Of a stretch of DNA of 61,696 bases, positions 15,607 through 25,694 are shown piece after piece. The translations under genes were made by a program, and so were the position numbers. The stretch is from a virus (lineage: Duplodnaviria > Caudoviricetes), in IMG/VR virus record IMGVR_UViG_3300035703_000096, positions 1-61,696 of that record; one strand, written 5' to 3'. How positions within the stretch are numbered: position 1 is the stretch's first letter; each line of letters opens with the position of its first letter. Under the pieces are notes generated by a model. The model searched no databases and had not been told where the DNA came from. It saw nothing but the letters and a program-made list of their open reading frames with translations.

Positions 15607-17830
15607 CCTTTACAGGGTACTGAAAGATCACGTCTCTGAAATTGTCATAGGCAGGAAGAACGCTGCAAAAACTTGGAGCTATGGATACCATGAAGACTAT
15701 GATCTTATTGTGATATCTAAGTCCGGGACCATTGGAGAAATCATCAACATATCCGGATTGAACATTGCTCTTCCTCCGGCGCCAAAAGATTGTTACCGAA
15801 GACATAATAAAACTGAAGAGCAGTATTGGGAGAGAGTCGAGATCCCTTCAGCACTATCTAAGATACAGACCATATTCCAATGGAATGAGATGCCTGCTGA
15901 CTTTAAGGGTAGATGGGTTGAGTATATCGAGAATCAATTTGATTATAGGGACGAAGGATTTTGGTTCATGAACAATGGTGAGCCTACTTACATTACCGGA
16001 GCCCATTGGATGTATCTGCAGTGGTCAAGTATTGACGTAGGTTATCCCGACTTCAGGGAAGCTAATAGGATCTATTGGATATTTTGGGAAGCATGCAAAG
16101 CTGATCCGCGTTGTTTCGGTATGACCTATTTAAAGATTCGCCGTTCAGGTTTCTCTTTCATGTCCGCGTCTGAGTGTATCAATATTGGTACATTGGCCCG
16201 GGATTCGCGAATAGGTATACTATCTAAAACAGGGGGTGATGCTAAGAAAATGTTTACCGATAAGGTTGTTCCGATTAATAATCGCCTTCCTTTTTTCTTC
16301 AAACCTATTATGGATGGAATGGATAAGCCGAAAACTGAATTGGCGTATCGCGTTCCCGCTTCAAAGATTACGAAGAAGAACATGTCTGACTTTACTCAAG
16401 AAGTAATCAAAGGTCTTGACACAACAATCGATTGGAAGAATACTGAAGACAACTCTTATGATGGTGAGAAGTTAAAGCTCTTGGTTCATGATGAGAGTGG
16501 AAAGTGGATAAAGCCCAACAACATTAAAGAGAATTGGCGCGTAACTAAAACATGTCTTCGATTGGGTAGTAAGATCATCGGCAAGTGTATGATGGGATCA
16601 ACATCGAATGCACTTAACAAGGGTGGTCAAAACTTCAAAGATCTTTATGAGGATTCTGACTGCTCAGTGAGAAACGCTAACGGTCAAACTAAGTCCGGAC
16701 TCTACTCTTTATTCATCCCAATGGAATGGAACATGGAAGGGTTCATAGACATCTATGGTAAGCCTGTATTTAGAAAGCCCGCTGAGCCCGTTTTGGGAGT
16801 CGATATGACATGGATAACTAATGGAGCTATAGATTATTGGGAAGCTGAGGTTGAGTCGCTTAAAAACGATCCTGATGCGTTAAACGAATTCTATCGTCAG
16901 TTCCCTCGTACAGAGTCTCATGCGTTCAGGGATGAGAGCAAGCAGGCTCTATTCAACCTGACCAAGATCTATCAGCAGATTGACTACAATGATTCGATGA
17001 TTGAGGATCACTACCTGACGAGAGGTTCGTTCCATTGGAAGGATGGGATCCAAGATAGTGAGGTTGTATTTTCTCCTGATAAAAGGGGAAGGTTCCTTGT
17101 TAGTTGGGTCCCTAAAAAAGGTTTGAATAATCACGTGATCATCAAGAACGGTATTAAATATCCGGGCAATGAGCATATCGGATCATTTGGTTGTGACTCT
17201 TACGATATCTCAGCTGTTGTAGATGGGAGAGGATCTAATGGTGCTCTTCATGGACTTACTAAGTTTCACATGGATGAGGCTCCGGTGAATGAGTTCTTTC
17301 TGCAGTATGTGGCAAGACCTCAGACTGCTGAGATATTCTTTGAGGAAGTTCTAATGGCATGTGTGTTTTATGGCATGCCGATATTGGCTGAGAATAATAA
17401 ACCTCGATTGCTGTATCATTTCAAGAATAGAGGATACAGAGGATTCTGCATGAACAGACCGGACAAGACTTACAATAAATTGTCAGTTACAGAGCGTGAA
17501 CTTGGAGGAATACCCAACTCTTCTGAGGATGTAAAGCAGTCACATGCTGCTGCTATTCAATCTTACATTGAGCGTTTTGTTGGATTGGATCAGACAGGGA
17601 CATATAGGCCACAGGATGAAATGGGTAGTATGTTATTCACAAGAACACTTGAGGATTGGGCTAAGTTTGATATCAATAACAGGACGAGATATGACGCGTC
17701 TATAAGTTCAGGATTGGCCATTATGGCTAATCAGAAACATCTTTATGTACCTGAGAAAAAAGAAAAGAAAATAAGTATTAACTTCGCAAGGTATAAAAAC
17801 AATGGAACAATAAGCCAATTGATTCAATGA
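15551..17830 (+). CDS. terL: Terminase large subunit
   Basis: KIRRSGFS Walker A-like, LVHDESGK Walker B, MGSTSN, nuclease GCDSYD, LAENNK. Confidence 0.9.
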   Translation: MAKAKLNLSKDLQSADQGNLYRVLKDHVSEIVIGRKNAAKTWSYGYHEDYDLIVISKSGTIGEIINISGLNIALPPAPKDCYRRHNKTEEQYWERVEIPSALSKIQTIFQWNEMPADFKGRWVEYIENQFDYRDEGFWFMNNGEPTYITGAHWMYLQWSSIDVGYPDFREANRIYWIFWEACKADPRCFGMTYLKIRRSGFSFMSASECINIGTLARDSRIGILSKTGGDAKKMFTDKVVPINNRLPFFFKPIMDGMDKPKTELAYRVPASKITKKNMSDFTQEVIKGLDTTIDWKNTEDNSYDGEKLKLLVHDESGKWIKPNNIKENWRVTKTCLRLGSKIIGKCMMGSTSNALNKGGQNFKDLYEDSDCSVRNANGQTKSGLYSLFIPMEWNMEGFIDIYGKPVFRKPAEPVLGVDMTWITNGAIDYWEAEVESLKNDPDALNEFYRQFPRTESHAFRDESKQALFNLTKIYQQIDYNDSMIEDHYLTRGSFHWKDGIQDSEVVFSPDKRGRFLVSWVPKKGLNNHVIIKNGIKYPGNEHIGSFGCDSYDISAVVDGRGSNGALHGLTKFHMDEAPVNEFFLQYVARPQTAEIFFEEVLMACVFYGMPILAENNKPRLLYHFKNRGYRGFCMNRPDKTYNKLSVTERELGGIPNSSEDVKQSHAAAIQSYIERFVGLDQTGTYRPQDEMGSMLFTRTLEDWAKFDINNRTRYDASISSGLAIMANQKHLYVPEKKEKKISINFARYKNNGTISQLIQ

Positions 17831-20262
17831 AAGATGTAATAGTAAACGTATTGTCAACGAGTTTTCCAAGTCAGTTCGCAACTGACGCAGAGAAAGCGTC
17901 TGAAGATTTTGGATTGCAAGTAGGTCAAGCCATACAGTATGAGTGGTTCAGAAAAGATAATAGTACCTGCCGGTTCTACTCTCAATGGAGAGATTTCCAT
18001 AACCTGAGACTTTACGCACGTGGCGAGCAGTCTGTTGCTAAATACAAGAATGAGATCTCTGTAAACGGAGATTTATCTTATCTTAATTTAGATTGGACCC
18101 CGGTCCCTGTTATCCCTAAGTTTGTTGATATCGTGGTAAACGGAATGTCGGACAGGTTGTTCAAAGTAAAAGCTTACGCTCAGGATGCTTTGTCAATGTC
18201 AAACAGGAACGCTTACCAAGAAATGGTTGAAGGTCAGGCTGCCGCGAAAGAAGGATTGGAATTGATTCAGCAGAAGACAGGCGTGAATCCATTCATGATG
18301 GATCCTGAGGAACTTCCTGAAAATGACGAAGAGCTTTCTTTGCACATGCAATTAAAGTACAAGCCGGCCATTGAGATTGCAGAAGAGGAGGCTATCAATA
18401 CAATACTTGATGACAACCACTATCAGGATATCAGAAAGAGACTTGATTATGACGCGACTGTACTCGGTATCTCAATTGCTAAGCATGAGTTCCTTCCGGG
18501 CGCCGGAGTAAAAATTTCTTATGTTGATCCGGCAAACGTAGTTTATAGTTACACTGAGGATCCATTCTTCCAAGATTGTTTTTATTGGGGAGAAATCAAG
18601 ACGCTTCCAATCACGGAGCTTTATAAAATTGACCAATCTCTTACAAGAGAAGATCTTGAGAAGATATCAAAATATAGTCAGAGTTGGTATGACTACTACA
18701 ATGTAGCTCAGTTCTATCAGAATAGTTTGTTCGCTAAAGATTCATGTACCCTTCTTTATTTCAACTATAAGACAACCAAGAAGATTGTCTATAAAAAGAA
18801 GATGCTTGACAATGGCGGTATACGTGTGATAGAGAAAGACGATACGTTCAATCCTCCTTCTGACATGATGGAGGAAGGTAACTTCGAGAAGATCGAGAAG
18901 GTTATTGACGTATGGTATGAAGGGATTATGGTTATGGGTACTAACATTCTTTTGAAATGGGAGTTGGCCCACAACATGGTTCGCCCTAAGTCAGCTTCTC
19001 AACATGCATTACCAATGTATGTGGCCTGTGCTCCAAGAATGTACAAAGGCGTTATTGAGTCTTTGGTTAAGAGAATGATTCCATTCACTGATCTTATTCA
19101 AATCACCCACTTAAAGCTTCAACAAGTTATTGCTCGCGTAGTACCTGACGGTATCTTTATTGATGCTGATGGACTCAATGAGGTTGATCTTGGAACAGGA
19201 GCGGCCTACAATCCGGAGGATGCTTTGAGGTTGTATTTCCAAACGGGCAGTGTGATCGGAAGAAGCTACACCCAAGATGGTGACTTCAACAATGCCCGGG
19301 TCCCTATTACTCAGTTGACATCTAACTCCGGAGCTTCTAAGACTCAGATGTTGATCGCTAATTATAACCATTACATGGATATGATTAGAACGGTAACAGG
19401 ATTGAACGAGGCTCGTGATGGATCTACTCCTGATCCCAATTCATTGGTGGGATTACAGAAGCTTGCAGCGCTTAATTCAAACACAGCTACTCGACATATC
19501 CTTGAAGGTGGCTTGTTTATTTACAGATCAATCGCTGAGGCTTTAACGTACAGGATTGCTGATATTTTGGAGTACTCTGATTTCAAAGAAGAGTTTATCA
19601 ATCAGATAGGAAGATACAATGTAGCCACTCTGCAGAACATATCTGACTTGTACATTTATGACTTTGGTATTTTCATCGAGGTGTCACCTGATGAAGAGCA
19701 GAAGTCTCAGCTTGAGGCCAATATCCAAATGGCATTGTCAAGAGGTAACATTGATATTGAGGATGCAATTGATATTCGTGAGATACGCAACATTAAGCTT
19801 GCCAATCAATTGCTTAAGATGAAGAGAATAAAGAAGGAGCAAAGGGAAGAGAAGATGGCTATGCAAAAGCAAGCTATTGTTTCTGAGCAGCAACTCAAGT
19901 CTCAACAGTTAGCCGGTCAAGTTGCTATGCAGAAGATTGAGATAGAGACCAATTCTAAAGTTAAGATCAAGCAAGCAGAAGTTGCTTTCGATATTGAGAG
20001 AATGAAACAAGAGGCTATGCTTAAAGCTCAGCTTATGGCTGAGGAGTTTAAGTATAATCAACAGCTTGCTCAGATTCAGTCAGGTGTATTGAGTCAGAGA
20101 GAGATGAAGAAGGAGGAGGCTAAAGATAAGCGTGTAAGTATTCAAAATACTCAGCAGTCTAAGCTGATTGAGCAAAGAAAGAATAACTTACCTTCGATCA
20201 ATTTTGAATCAAATGAGGACAGTTTAGATGGGTTTGAATTCTCTGAATTTGAACCTCGCTAA
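17827..20262 (+). CDS. Portal protein
   Basis: 811 aa following terL; PVIPKFVDIVVNG; C-terminal coiled-coil barrel. Confidence 0.85.
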   Translation: MKDVIVNVLSTSFPSQFATDAEKASEDFGLQVGQAIQYEWFRKDNSTCRFYSQWRDFHNLRLYARGEQSVAKYKNEISVNGDLSYLNLDWTPVPVIPKFVDIVVNGMSDRLFKVKAYAQDALSMSNRNAYQEMVEGQAAAKEGLELIQQKTGVNPFMMDPEELPENDEELSLHMQLKYKPAIEIAEEEAINTILDDNHYQDIRKRLDYDATVLGISIAKHEFLPGAGVKISYVDPANVVYSYTEDPFFQDCFYWGEIKTLPITELYKIDQSLTREDLEKISKYSQSWYDYYNVAQFYQNSLFAKDSCTLLYFNYKTTKKIVYKKKMLDNGGIRVIEKDDTFNPPSDMMEEGNFEKIEKVIDVWYEGIMVMGTNILLKWELAHNMVRPKSASQHALPMYVACAPRMYKGVIESLVKRMIPFTDLIQITHLKLQQVIARVVPDGIFIDADGLNEVDLGTGAAYNPEDALRLYFQTGSVIGRSYTQDGDFNNARVPITQLTSNSGASKTQMLIANYNHYMDMIRTVTGLNEARDGSTPDPNSLVGLQKLAALNSNTATRHILEGGLFIYRSIAEALTYRIADILEYSDFKEEFINQIGRYNVATLQNISDLYIYDFGIFIEVSPDEEQKSQLEANIQMALSRGNIDIEDAIDIREIRNIKLANQLLKMKRIKKEQREEKMAMQKQAIVSEQQLKSQQLAGQVAMQKIEIETNSKVKIKQAEVAFDIERMKQEAMLKAQLMAEEFKYNQQLAQIQSGVLSQREMKKEEAKDKRVSIQNTQQSKLIEQRKNNLPSINFESNEDSLDGFEFSEFEPR

Positions 20263-20311
20263 ATAATATCAAATTTTTGTTTAAATTTGCATCAAATCAA
20301 ATCTAAATACA

Positions 20312-21430
20312 ATGGAATTTAAATCAGTAAGATTAGTTGAAGGTGAAGAGACAAAGGGCGCTCCTGAGAAAGAGGCAGCGATTCTTGCTAACCATGAGGC
20401 TGAACAAGCAGCAGCGGCTCAGGCAGCAGCAGAAGCGCAAGCAGCAGCGGCAGAAGCAGTAGAAGGCGGTGGATCGCAAGATGACGAAGGAGGGTTACCT
20501 GAGTTAAAAGAAGAAGACGTTCTTTCATATATTGGAAAAAGATACAATAAGCAGATCAATTCATTTGATGAGTTGATGGCTGAGCGTAATCAGGCTGAAG
20601 AAATGCCTGAGGATGTGGCCGCTTATATGAAGTATCGCAAAGAAACAGGACGTGGTTTCGAAGACTTCTTGAAATTAAAAGAAGATGTAGACTCCATGAA
20701 TCCTGATAATCTTTTGAGAAGTTATTTGAAGTCAACCCAAGAAGGGCTTGATGATGATGACATCAGCGTTTTAATGTCGGACTATCAGTATGATGAAGAT
20801 CTTGATGATGAGTCTACCATTAAAAAAGTAAAGATTGCAAAAAAGAAAATTGTAGCAGAAGCAAAGAAGTTCTTCAATGACCAAAAGGAGAAGTACAAAA
20901 TGCCACTTGAGTCAAGATCGGCAGGTATCTCTGAAGAGGAAAAGGAAGAGTTCAATGCTTATAAACAATATATACAGCAAGCGAAGACGGTCGAAGAGGA
21001 GTCGAAGCGTAAACGTCAATGGTTTGACCAAAAGACGGACGAAGTTTTTAGCAAGGAGTTCAAAGGTTTTGAGTTCGATGTTAATGACAGGAAAATTACA
21101 TTCTCTCCGGGCGATGCAACTGAGTTGAAGAAAAGCCAATCAACTCCACAGAACTTTATTCAGAAGTTTTTGGATGAGAGCGGAATGATCAAAGACGCAG
21201 TTGGATACCACAAAGCCTTATCAATTGCAATGAATCCTGACAAGTTCGCAAAGTTCTTCTATGAGCAAGGATTAGCGGCAGCTACTGATGATGTTACTCG
21301 CAAGATAAAGAACATAAACATGTCTGAGCGAAGAGCGCCTGAGGCGGCAGTTAAGGATGGTTTTCAGGTTAAAGCATTGAATCCTGACTCCGGAAGGGGA
21401 TTAAAAATTCAAAGCGCAAAAAGAGTATAA
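20312..21430 (+). CDS. Capsid scaffolding protein
   Basis: Acidic and helical; lies between portal and capsid. Confidence 0.7.
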   Translation: MEFKSVRLVEGEETKGAPEKEAAILANHEAEQAAAAQAAAEAQAAAAEAVEGGGSQDDEGGLPELKEEDVLSYIGKRYNKQINSFDELMAERNQAEEMPEDVAAYMKYRKETGRGFEDFLKLKEDVDSMNPDNLLRSYLKSTQEGLDDDDISVLMSDYQYDEDLDDESTIKKVKIAKKKIVAEAKKFFNDQKEKYKMPLESRSAGISEEEKEEFNAYKQYIQQAKTVEEESKRKRQWFDQKTDEVFSKEFKGFEFDVNDRKITFSPGDATELKKSQSTPQNFIQKFLDESGMIKDAVGYHKALSIAMNPDKFAKFFYEQGLAAATDDVTRKIKNINMSERRAPEAAVKDGFQVKALNPDSGRGLKIQSAKRV

Positions 21431-21449
21431 ACTAAAAAATTAAAAAAAA

Positions 21450-22898
21450 ATGGCAATTTTATCAAGCCCCGGTTTCGGGTTGCAACCTGCCGCAGAGCGC
21501 GTAGCGTTAGAAACCAATTACATCACAACCTTTGATTTCTTGGATCAGTATCTTCCTGATACTTACGAGAAAGAATTTGAGCGTTATGGTAATCGTACAG
21601 TATCATCATTCTTGAGAATGGTTGGTGCTGAGATGCCTTCAATCTCTGACCAAATCAAATGGGCAGAACAAGGCCGTCTTCACATTAAGTATACAAACTG
21701 TACTACCACTGCTGTTGCTGCTGCTAACACAGCTACCTTCACTGTAAATACAACTAATGGAGATATTGCTTCAGTTGGTATTCGTGTTGGACAAACTGTA
21801 TTTATTCAGCAAAATACAACAGGCGCAAGTAATAAAGCAGTTGTAACCGGAGTTACTCAAACAGGTAGCGCTACAGTCGCAGGTACTTTCACCGTAGCTT
21901 ATTATGACGCAGGAGGTCAATCTGTTACGGGAGTGGGAGCTACATTTACTGTATTCATTTATGGTTCTGAGTTCAAGAAAGGAACTATAGGAATGGATGG
22001 CTCTTTGGAAGCTGAAGATTCAATCTTCTCTAACAACCCAATTATCCTTAAGGATAAGTACGCTGTTAACGGATCTGACATGGCTCAAATCGGTTGGGTT
22101 GAAGTGACTACTGAGAATGGCGCTACCGGATACCTTTGGTATTTGAAGTCTGAACACGAGACTCGTCTTCGTTTTGAAGATTATGTTGAGACTGCCATGA
22201 TCGAGGCTGTACCTATGGCAAACACAACCAATGCTTCAAGCACAGGTTTGAAAGGATCTGAGGGTGTTTTCTATGTAGTTGGTAGTCGTGGTAATGTTTT
22301 TGCAGGTGGATACCCAACTGTATTAGCTGACTTCGACAATATTGTTGGCCGTTTAGATAAGCAAGGCGCTATCGAAGAGAACGTCATCTTTGTTAACCGT
22401 GACTTCAGTTTCGGTATCGACAACATGTTGGCTACATTGAACGGATATTCTTCTTCAGGCGCTGCAAATGCTGCTTCTTATGGTTTGTTTGACAATGATG
22501 TTGAGATGGCTTTGAATCTTGGATTCAGCGGTTTCCGCAGAGGTTATGACTTCTACAAGTCTGATTGGAAATACTTGAACGATCCAACCATGCGCGGTGG
22601 TTTAGTTGGTGGTATTGCTTCTCCAACAGTAGGAAGTGCAATTACAGGTTTGTTGGTTCCTGCCGGTTCAACAACTGTATACGATCAAGTGATGGGTAAG
22701 AACGCTAAGCGTCCTTTCTTGCACGTTCGTTACCGTGCCTCAGAAACTGAGAATCGCCGATTCAAAACTTGGATTACAGGTTCTGCAGGTGGTGCACAAA
22801 CAAGCGACTTGGATGCTATGGAGGTTAACTTCTTGTCTGAGCGTTGCGTATGTACCTTGGGTGCTAACAACTTCGTATTGTTCCGTTACGGATCTTAA
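21450..22898 (+). CDS. Major capsid protein
   Basis: 482 aa after the scaffold, followed by a strong terminator; WAEQGRLH motif. Confidence 0.85.
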   Translation: MAILSSPGFGLQPAAERVALETNYITTFDFLDQYLPDTYEKEFERYGNRTVSSFLRMVGAEMPSISDQIKWAEQGRLHIKYTNCTTTAVAAANTATFTVNTTNGDIASVGIRVGQTVFIQQNTTGASNKAVVTGVTQTGSATVAGTFTVAYYDAGGQSVTGVGATFTVFIYGSEFKKGTIGMDGSLEAEDSIFSNNPIILKDKYAVNGSDMAQIGWVEVTTENGATGYLWYLKSEHETRLRFEDYVETAMIEAVPMANTTNASSTGLKGSEGVFYVVGSRGNVFAGGYPTVLADFDNIVGRLDKQGAIEENVIFVNRDFSFGIDNMLATLNGYSSSGAANAASYGLFDNDVEMALNLGFSGFRRGYDFYKSDWKYLNDPTMRGGLVGGIASPTVGSAITGLLVPAGSTTVYDQVMGKNAKRPFLHVRYRASETENRRFKTWITGSAGGAQTSDLDAMEVNFLSERCVCTLGANNFVLFRYGS

Positions 22899-22906
22899 TC
22901 TTAATA

Positions 22907-22941
22907 AAAGGAGGTGTCCACTATGGACACTTCCTTTTTTA
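22907..22941 (+). terminator. Intrinsic terminator after capsid gene
   Basis: aaaaggaggtgtcca-cta-tggacacttcctttttt. Confidence 0.85.
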
Positions 22942-22967
22942 TCTTTTAATTCAAATCCAATAAAATC

Positions 22968-23714
22968 ATGGCAAAAGAAAAAGTCATTAAAGACAAAACC
23001 TACCGTTTATTAAACGGATCCCCGCTAACATATGTGTTGGCATCTCGTAACCACCCGAAGTTCCCTCTCATGTGGTTTGATGAGAAAAAAAATCAAAACA
23101 GAATTTTACGTTACGCTATAAATCAAAAGTCTCCTTTTGAGGATGAGCAGGACAATAATCCAATTTTGGAACCTATTGTTTTTGAAGATGGAATGTTATA
23201 TGTTTCAAAAACCAATCCTGTACTTCAGGAGTTTTTATATTATCATCCACAAAACGGAATTACATTCGCTGAGTTAGATAAAGAAAAAGAAGCGTATGAA
23301 GATGTCGAGTATTTGAATCTTGAAGTAGACGCATTGGTAGAGGCAAGAAGCCTTGATATTAGTCAAATGGAAATGTTGACTCGTGTTATCTTCGGTAAAG
23401 ATCCATCTACATTATCTACCGCTGAAATGAAGCGTGACATCTTGGTATTTGCAAGACGTGATCCACGTACATTTATGGACATTGTAAAAGATCCTGAACT
23501 TAAATTCCAAGCTAAGGTTAGAATGTTCTTTGATAATGGATTGTTAGTTGTGAAGAATGACAAAGATATTTACTTCAATACCCCAACATCGAAAAAGAAA
23601 ATGTGTTCAATTGCTTTCGGTAGCGATGCATTTGATATGGCAATATCATACTTGCAGAGTGACGAAGGAATTGATGCATTGAAAATGTTAGAGACTCTCC
23701 TCTCTGAGGATTGA
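22968..23714 (+). CDS. Hypothetical (putative virion) protein
   Basis: 248-aa ORF after the capsid gene. Confidence 0.8.
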   Translation: MAKEKVIKDKTYRLLNGSPLTYVLASRNHPKFPLMWFDEKKNQNRILRYAINQKSPFEDEQDNNPILEPIVFEDGMLYVSKTNPVLQEFLYYHPQNGITFAELDKEKEAYEDVEYLNLEVDALVEARSLDISQMEMLTRVIFGKDPSTLSTAEMKRDILVFARRDPRTFMDIVKDPELKFQAKVRMFFDNGLLVVKNDKDIYFNTPTSKKKMCSIAFGSDAFDMAISYLQSDEGIDALKMLETLLSED

Positions 23715-23737
23715 TTTGATGATTGATTAAAAAAGGT

Positions 23738-23765
23738 AGGGGCTCAATTAGCCCCTATTTTTTTT
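23738..23765 (+). terminator. Intrinsic terminator
   Basis: taggggct-caatt-agcccctatttttttt. Confidence 0.8.
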
Positions 23766-23789
23766 GACTATATTTGTAAAAAATAACCC

Positions 23790-24767
23790 ATGATTAATTC
23801 AGTTAGAAATACCGTGTTGTCCGTATTAAATAAGAACAACTACGGCTACATTTCACCATCTGATTTTAACCTGTATGCAAAGCAGGCTCAGATGGAAATA
23901 TTCGAGGAGTATTTTAGTAATTACAATAAGTTGATAAGCGCTCAAAATGCACGTGCAGTAGGTTCTGACTACGCTGATTTAACCAAGGCTGTTGAAGAGG
24001 TGATGGAGACTTTTCTTGTATCTAAATTTTTACATCCTAAAACAATATTTAATCCGGCTTTATTAACACAAGATCCTTACAATGCTTACTTTCCCCCATC
24101 ATTAACAACAACAGGTGATGAGGCGTTTATGATAAATAGTATTATCACAACAAAGAAAATAATGCAAGGTGTTAATGATATTTTAGTGCCATTTATGATG
24201 AGGGATTCAACGGCATTTTTTCCCTACATTGTTTTCCCCGGTTATGTTATTTTGAATTTAACAACCAAGCAGACAGGAATTGTAACAGGAATTGTTAGTA
24301 ATGGTGTTTATATAGATCAAGATATATTTATAAATACGGGAGAAGGATATGCTATTTATAATCCGGCTGATTACGCTATACTTGAAAAAGTTAGTGAAGG
24401 TAAAATAGCGTCATTAAATTCATCCAATTTAACTAAGCCTAATTTAATTTATCCGGTTTACACGATGACTGAACTATCAGTAAATGTTTATCCGGATACA
24501 ATAAAAGGATATGGAGCTTTGAATGCAACATACTTTAGATATCCAAAGGATCCCAAATGGACATACATTTCTTTGTTAGGAGGAGAGCCAAGCTTTGATC
24601 AGTCTCAACCTGACTATCAAGATTTTGAATTGCCTGCAGAGGATGAGTACAAATTGGCTATGAAGATTCTTCAGTACTGCGGAATATCAATCAGAGAAAT
24701 TCAAGTGGCTCAGTTTGCAATCGCTCAAGAACAGCATGAGCAACCATCATTTAGTCAACAACAATAA
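23790..24767 (+). CDS. Head-tail adaptor / tail ring protein
   Basis: LNKNNYGYISP..FN..A..AQ; YFRYPKDPKW; crAss-like ring-protein pattern. Confidence 0.65.
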   Translation: MINSVRNTVLSVLNKNNYGYISPSDFNLYAKQAQMEIFEEYFSNYNKLISAQNARAVGSDYADLTKAVEEVMETFLVSKFLHPKTIFNPALLTQDPYNAYFPPSLTTTGDEAFMINSIITTKKIMQGVNDILVPFMMRDSTAFFPYIVFPGYVILNLTTKQTGIVTGIVSNGVYIDQDIFINTGEGYAIYNPADYAILEKVSEGKIASLNSSNLTKPNLIYPVYTMTELSVNVYPDTIKGYGALNATYFRYPKDPKWTYISLLGGEPSFDQSQPDYQDFELPAEDEYKLAMKILQYCGISIREIQVAQFAIAQEQHEQPSFSQQQ

Positions 24768-24769
24768 TT

Positions 24770-25693
24770 ATGGCGTACATATCACAATACGAATACTACG
24801 ATAATAACGGTAACAATCCTCAGGATGCTAATTGGGGATCGTATCAGTACGTCAGCTTGTTTGACATTGTCAACAACTTCATGTTAATGTATGCCGGTAA
24901 TCGTTCATTGATCAATAACGAGGAACGCTATAAAGTTTTGTTCCATGCTAAGAGAGCAATACAAGAGTTGAACTATGACGCATTCAAAGAGATTAAGGTG
25001 TTAGAGCTTAGTGTTGCTGATTCACTTAGATTTGTTTTACCATCTGACTTTGTCAATTGGGTTAGGATCTCAATGTACAAAGATGGTGTACTTAGACCGC
25101 TCACTGAGAATATTCAGATCATGTCATCCAATGCTTATCTGCAAGACAACTCGGGTAATATTTTATTTGATGAGAATGGTAATATCCTTCAACCCCAAAC
25201 ATCAATACTTGACTATGACAGATTGAACAAGCTTGAGAAGAGTTTGTATTTGAATAGAGAGAGTGTTTATAACAATCATTGGGGATGGTGCTTGGATGGT
25301 AATTGGTATTTCCAATATTCTATTGGCGCTGCGTATGGATTAAATACTGAGACGGCTAATAAAAATCCAACTTTTAATATTGATAAGAAAGCCGGTGTAA
25401 TTAACTTTGACTCGTTGATGATGGGGGAGCTTTGCATTCTTGAATACATCTCAGATGGAATGGAGAATGGAGATGACTCATTGATCAGTGTCAACAAACT
25501 TTTTGAGCAGTATATTTACGCTGCAATCAAGTATGAGATACTGAATTCAAAGCTTGGTGTGCAGGAGTATGTTGTGGCAAGAGCGAGAAAAGAGCGTTCA
25601 GCTTTGTTGAGAAACGCTAAGATTAGAATAAGCAACATACACCCCGGTAGATTGCTCATGAACCTAAGAGGAATGGATAAGATGATTAAGTAA
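24770..25693 (+). CDS. Tail ring / adaptor protein
   Basis: LPSDFVNWVRIS; ILEYISDG; structural context. Confidence 0.65.
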   Translation: MAYISQYEYYDNNGNNPQDANWGSYQYVSLFDIVNNFMLMYAGNRSLINNEERYKVLFHAKRAIQELNYDAFKEIKVLELSVADSLRFVLPSDFVNWVRISMYKDGVLRPLTENIQIMSSNAYLQDNSGNILFDENGNILQPQTSILDYDRLNKLEKSLYLNRESVYNNHWGWCLDGNWYFQYSIGAAYGLNTETANKNPTFNIDKKAGVINFDSLMMGELCILEYISDGMENGDDSLISVNKLFEQYIYAAIKYEILNSKLGVQEYVVARARKERSALLRNAKIRISNIHPGRLLMNLRGMDKMIK

Positions 25694-25694
25694 C

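Noticed and set aside
22913-22930. gtgtccactatggacac as another palindrome copy
   Set aside because: Different spacer length and sequence; it is the stem of the capsid-gene terminator
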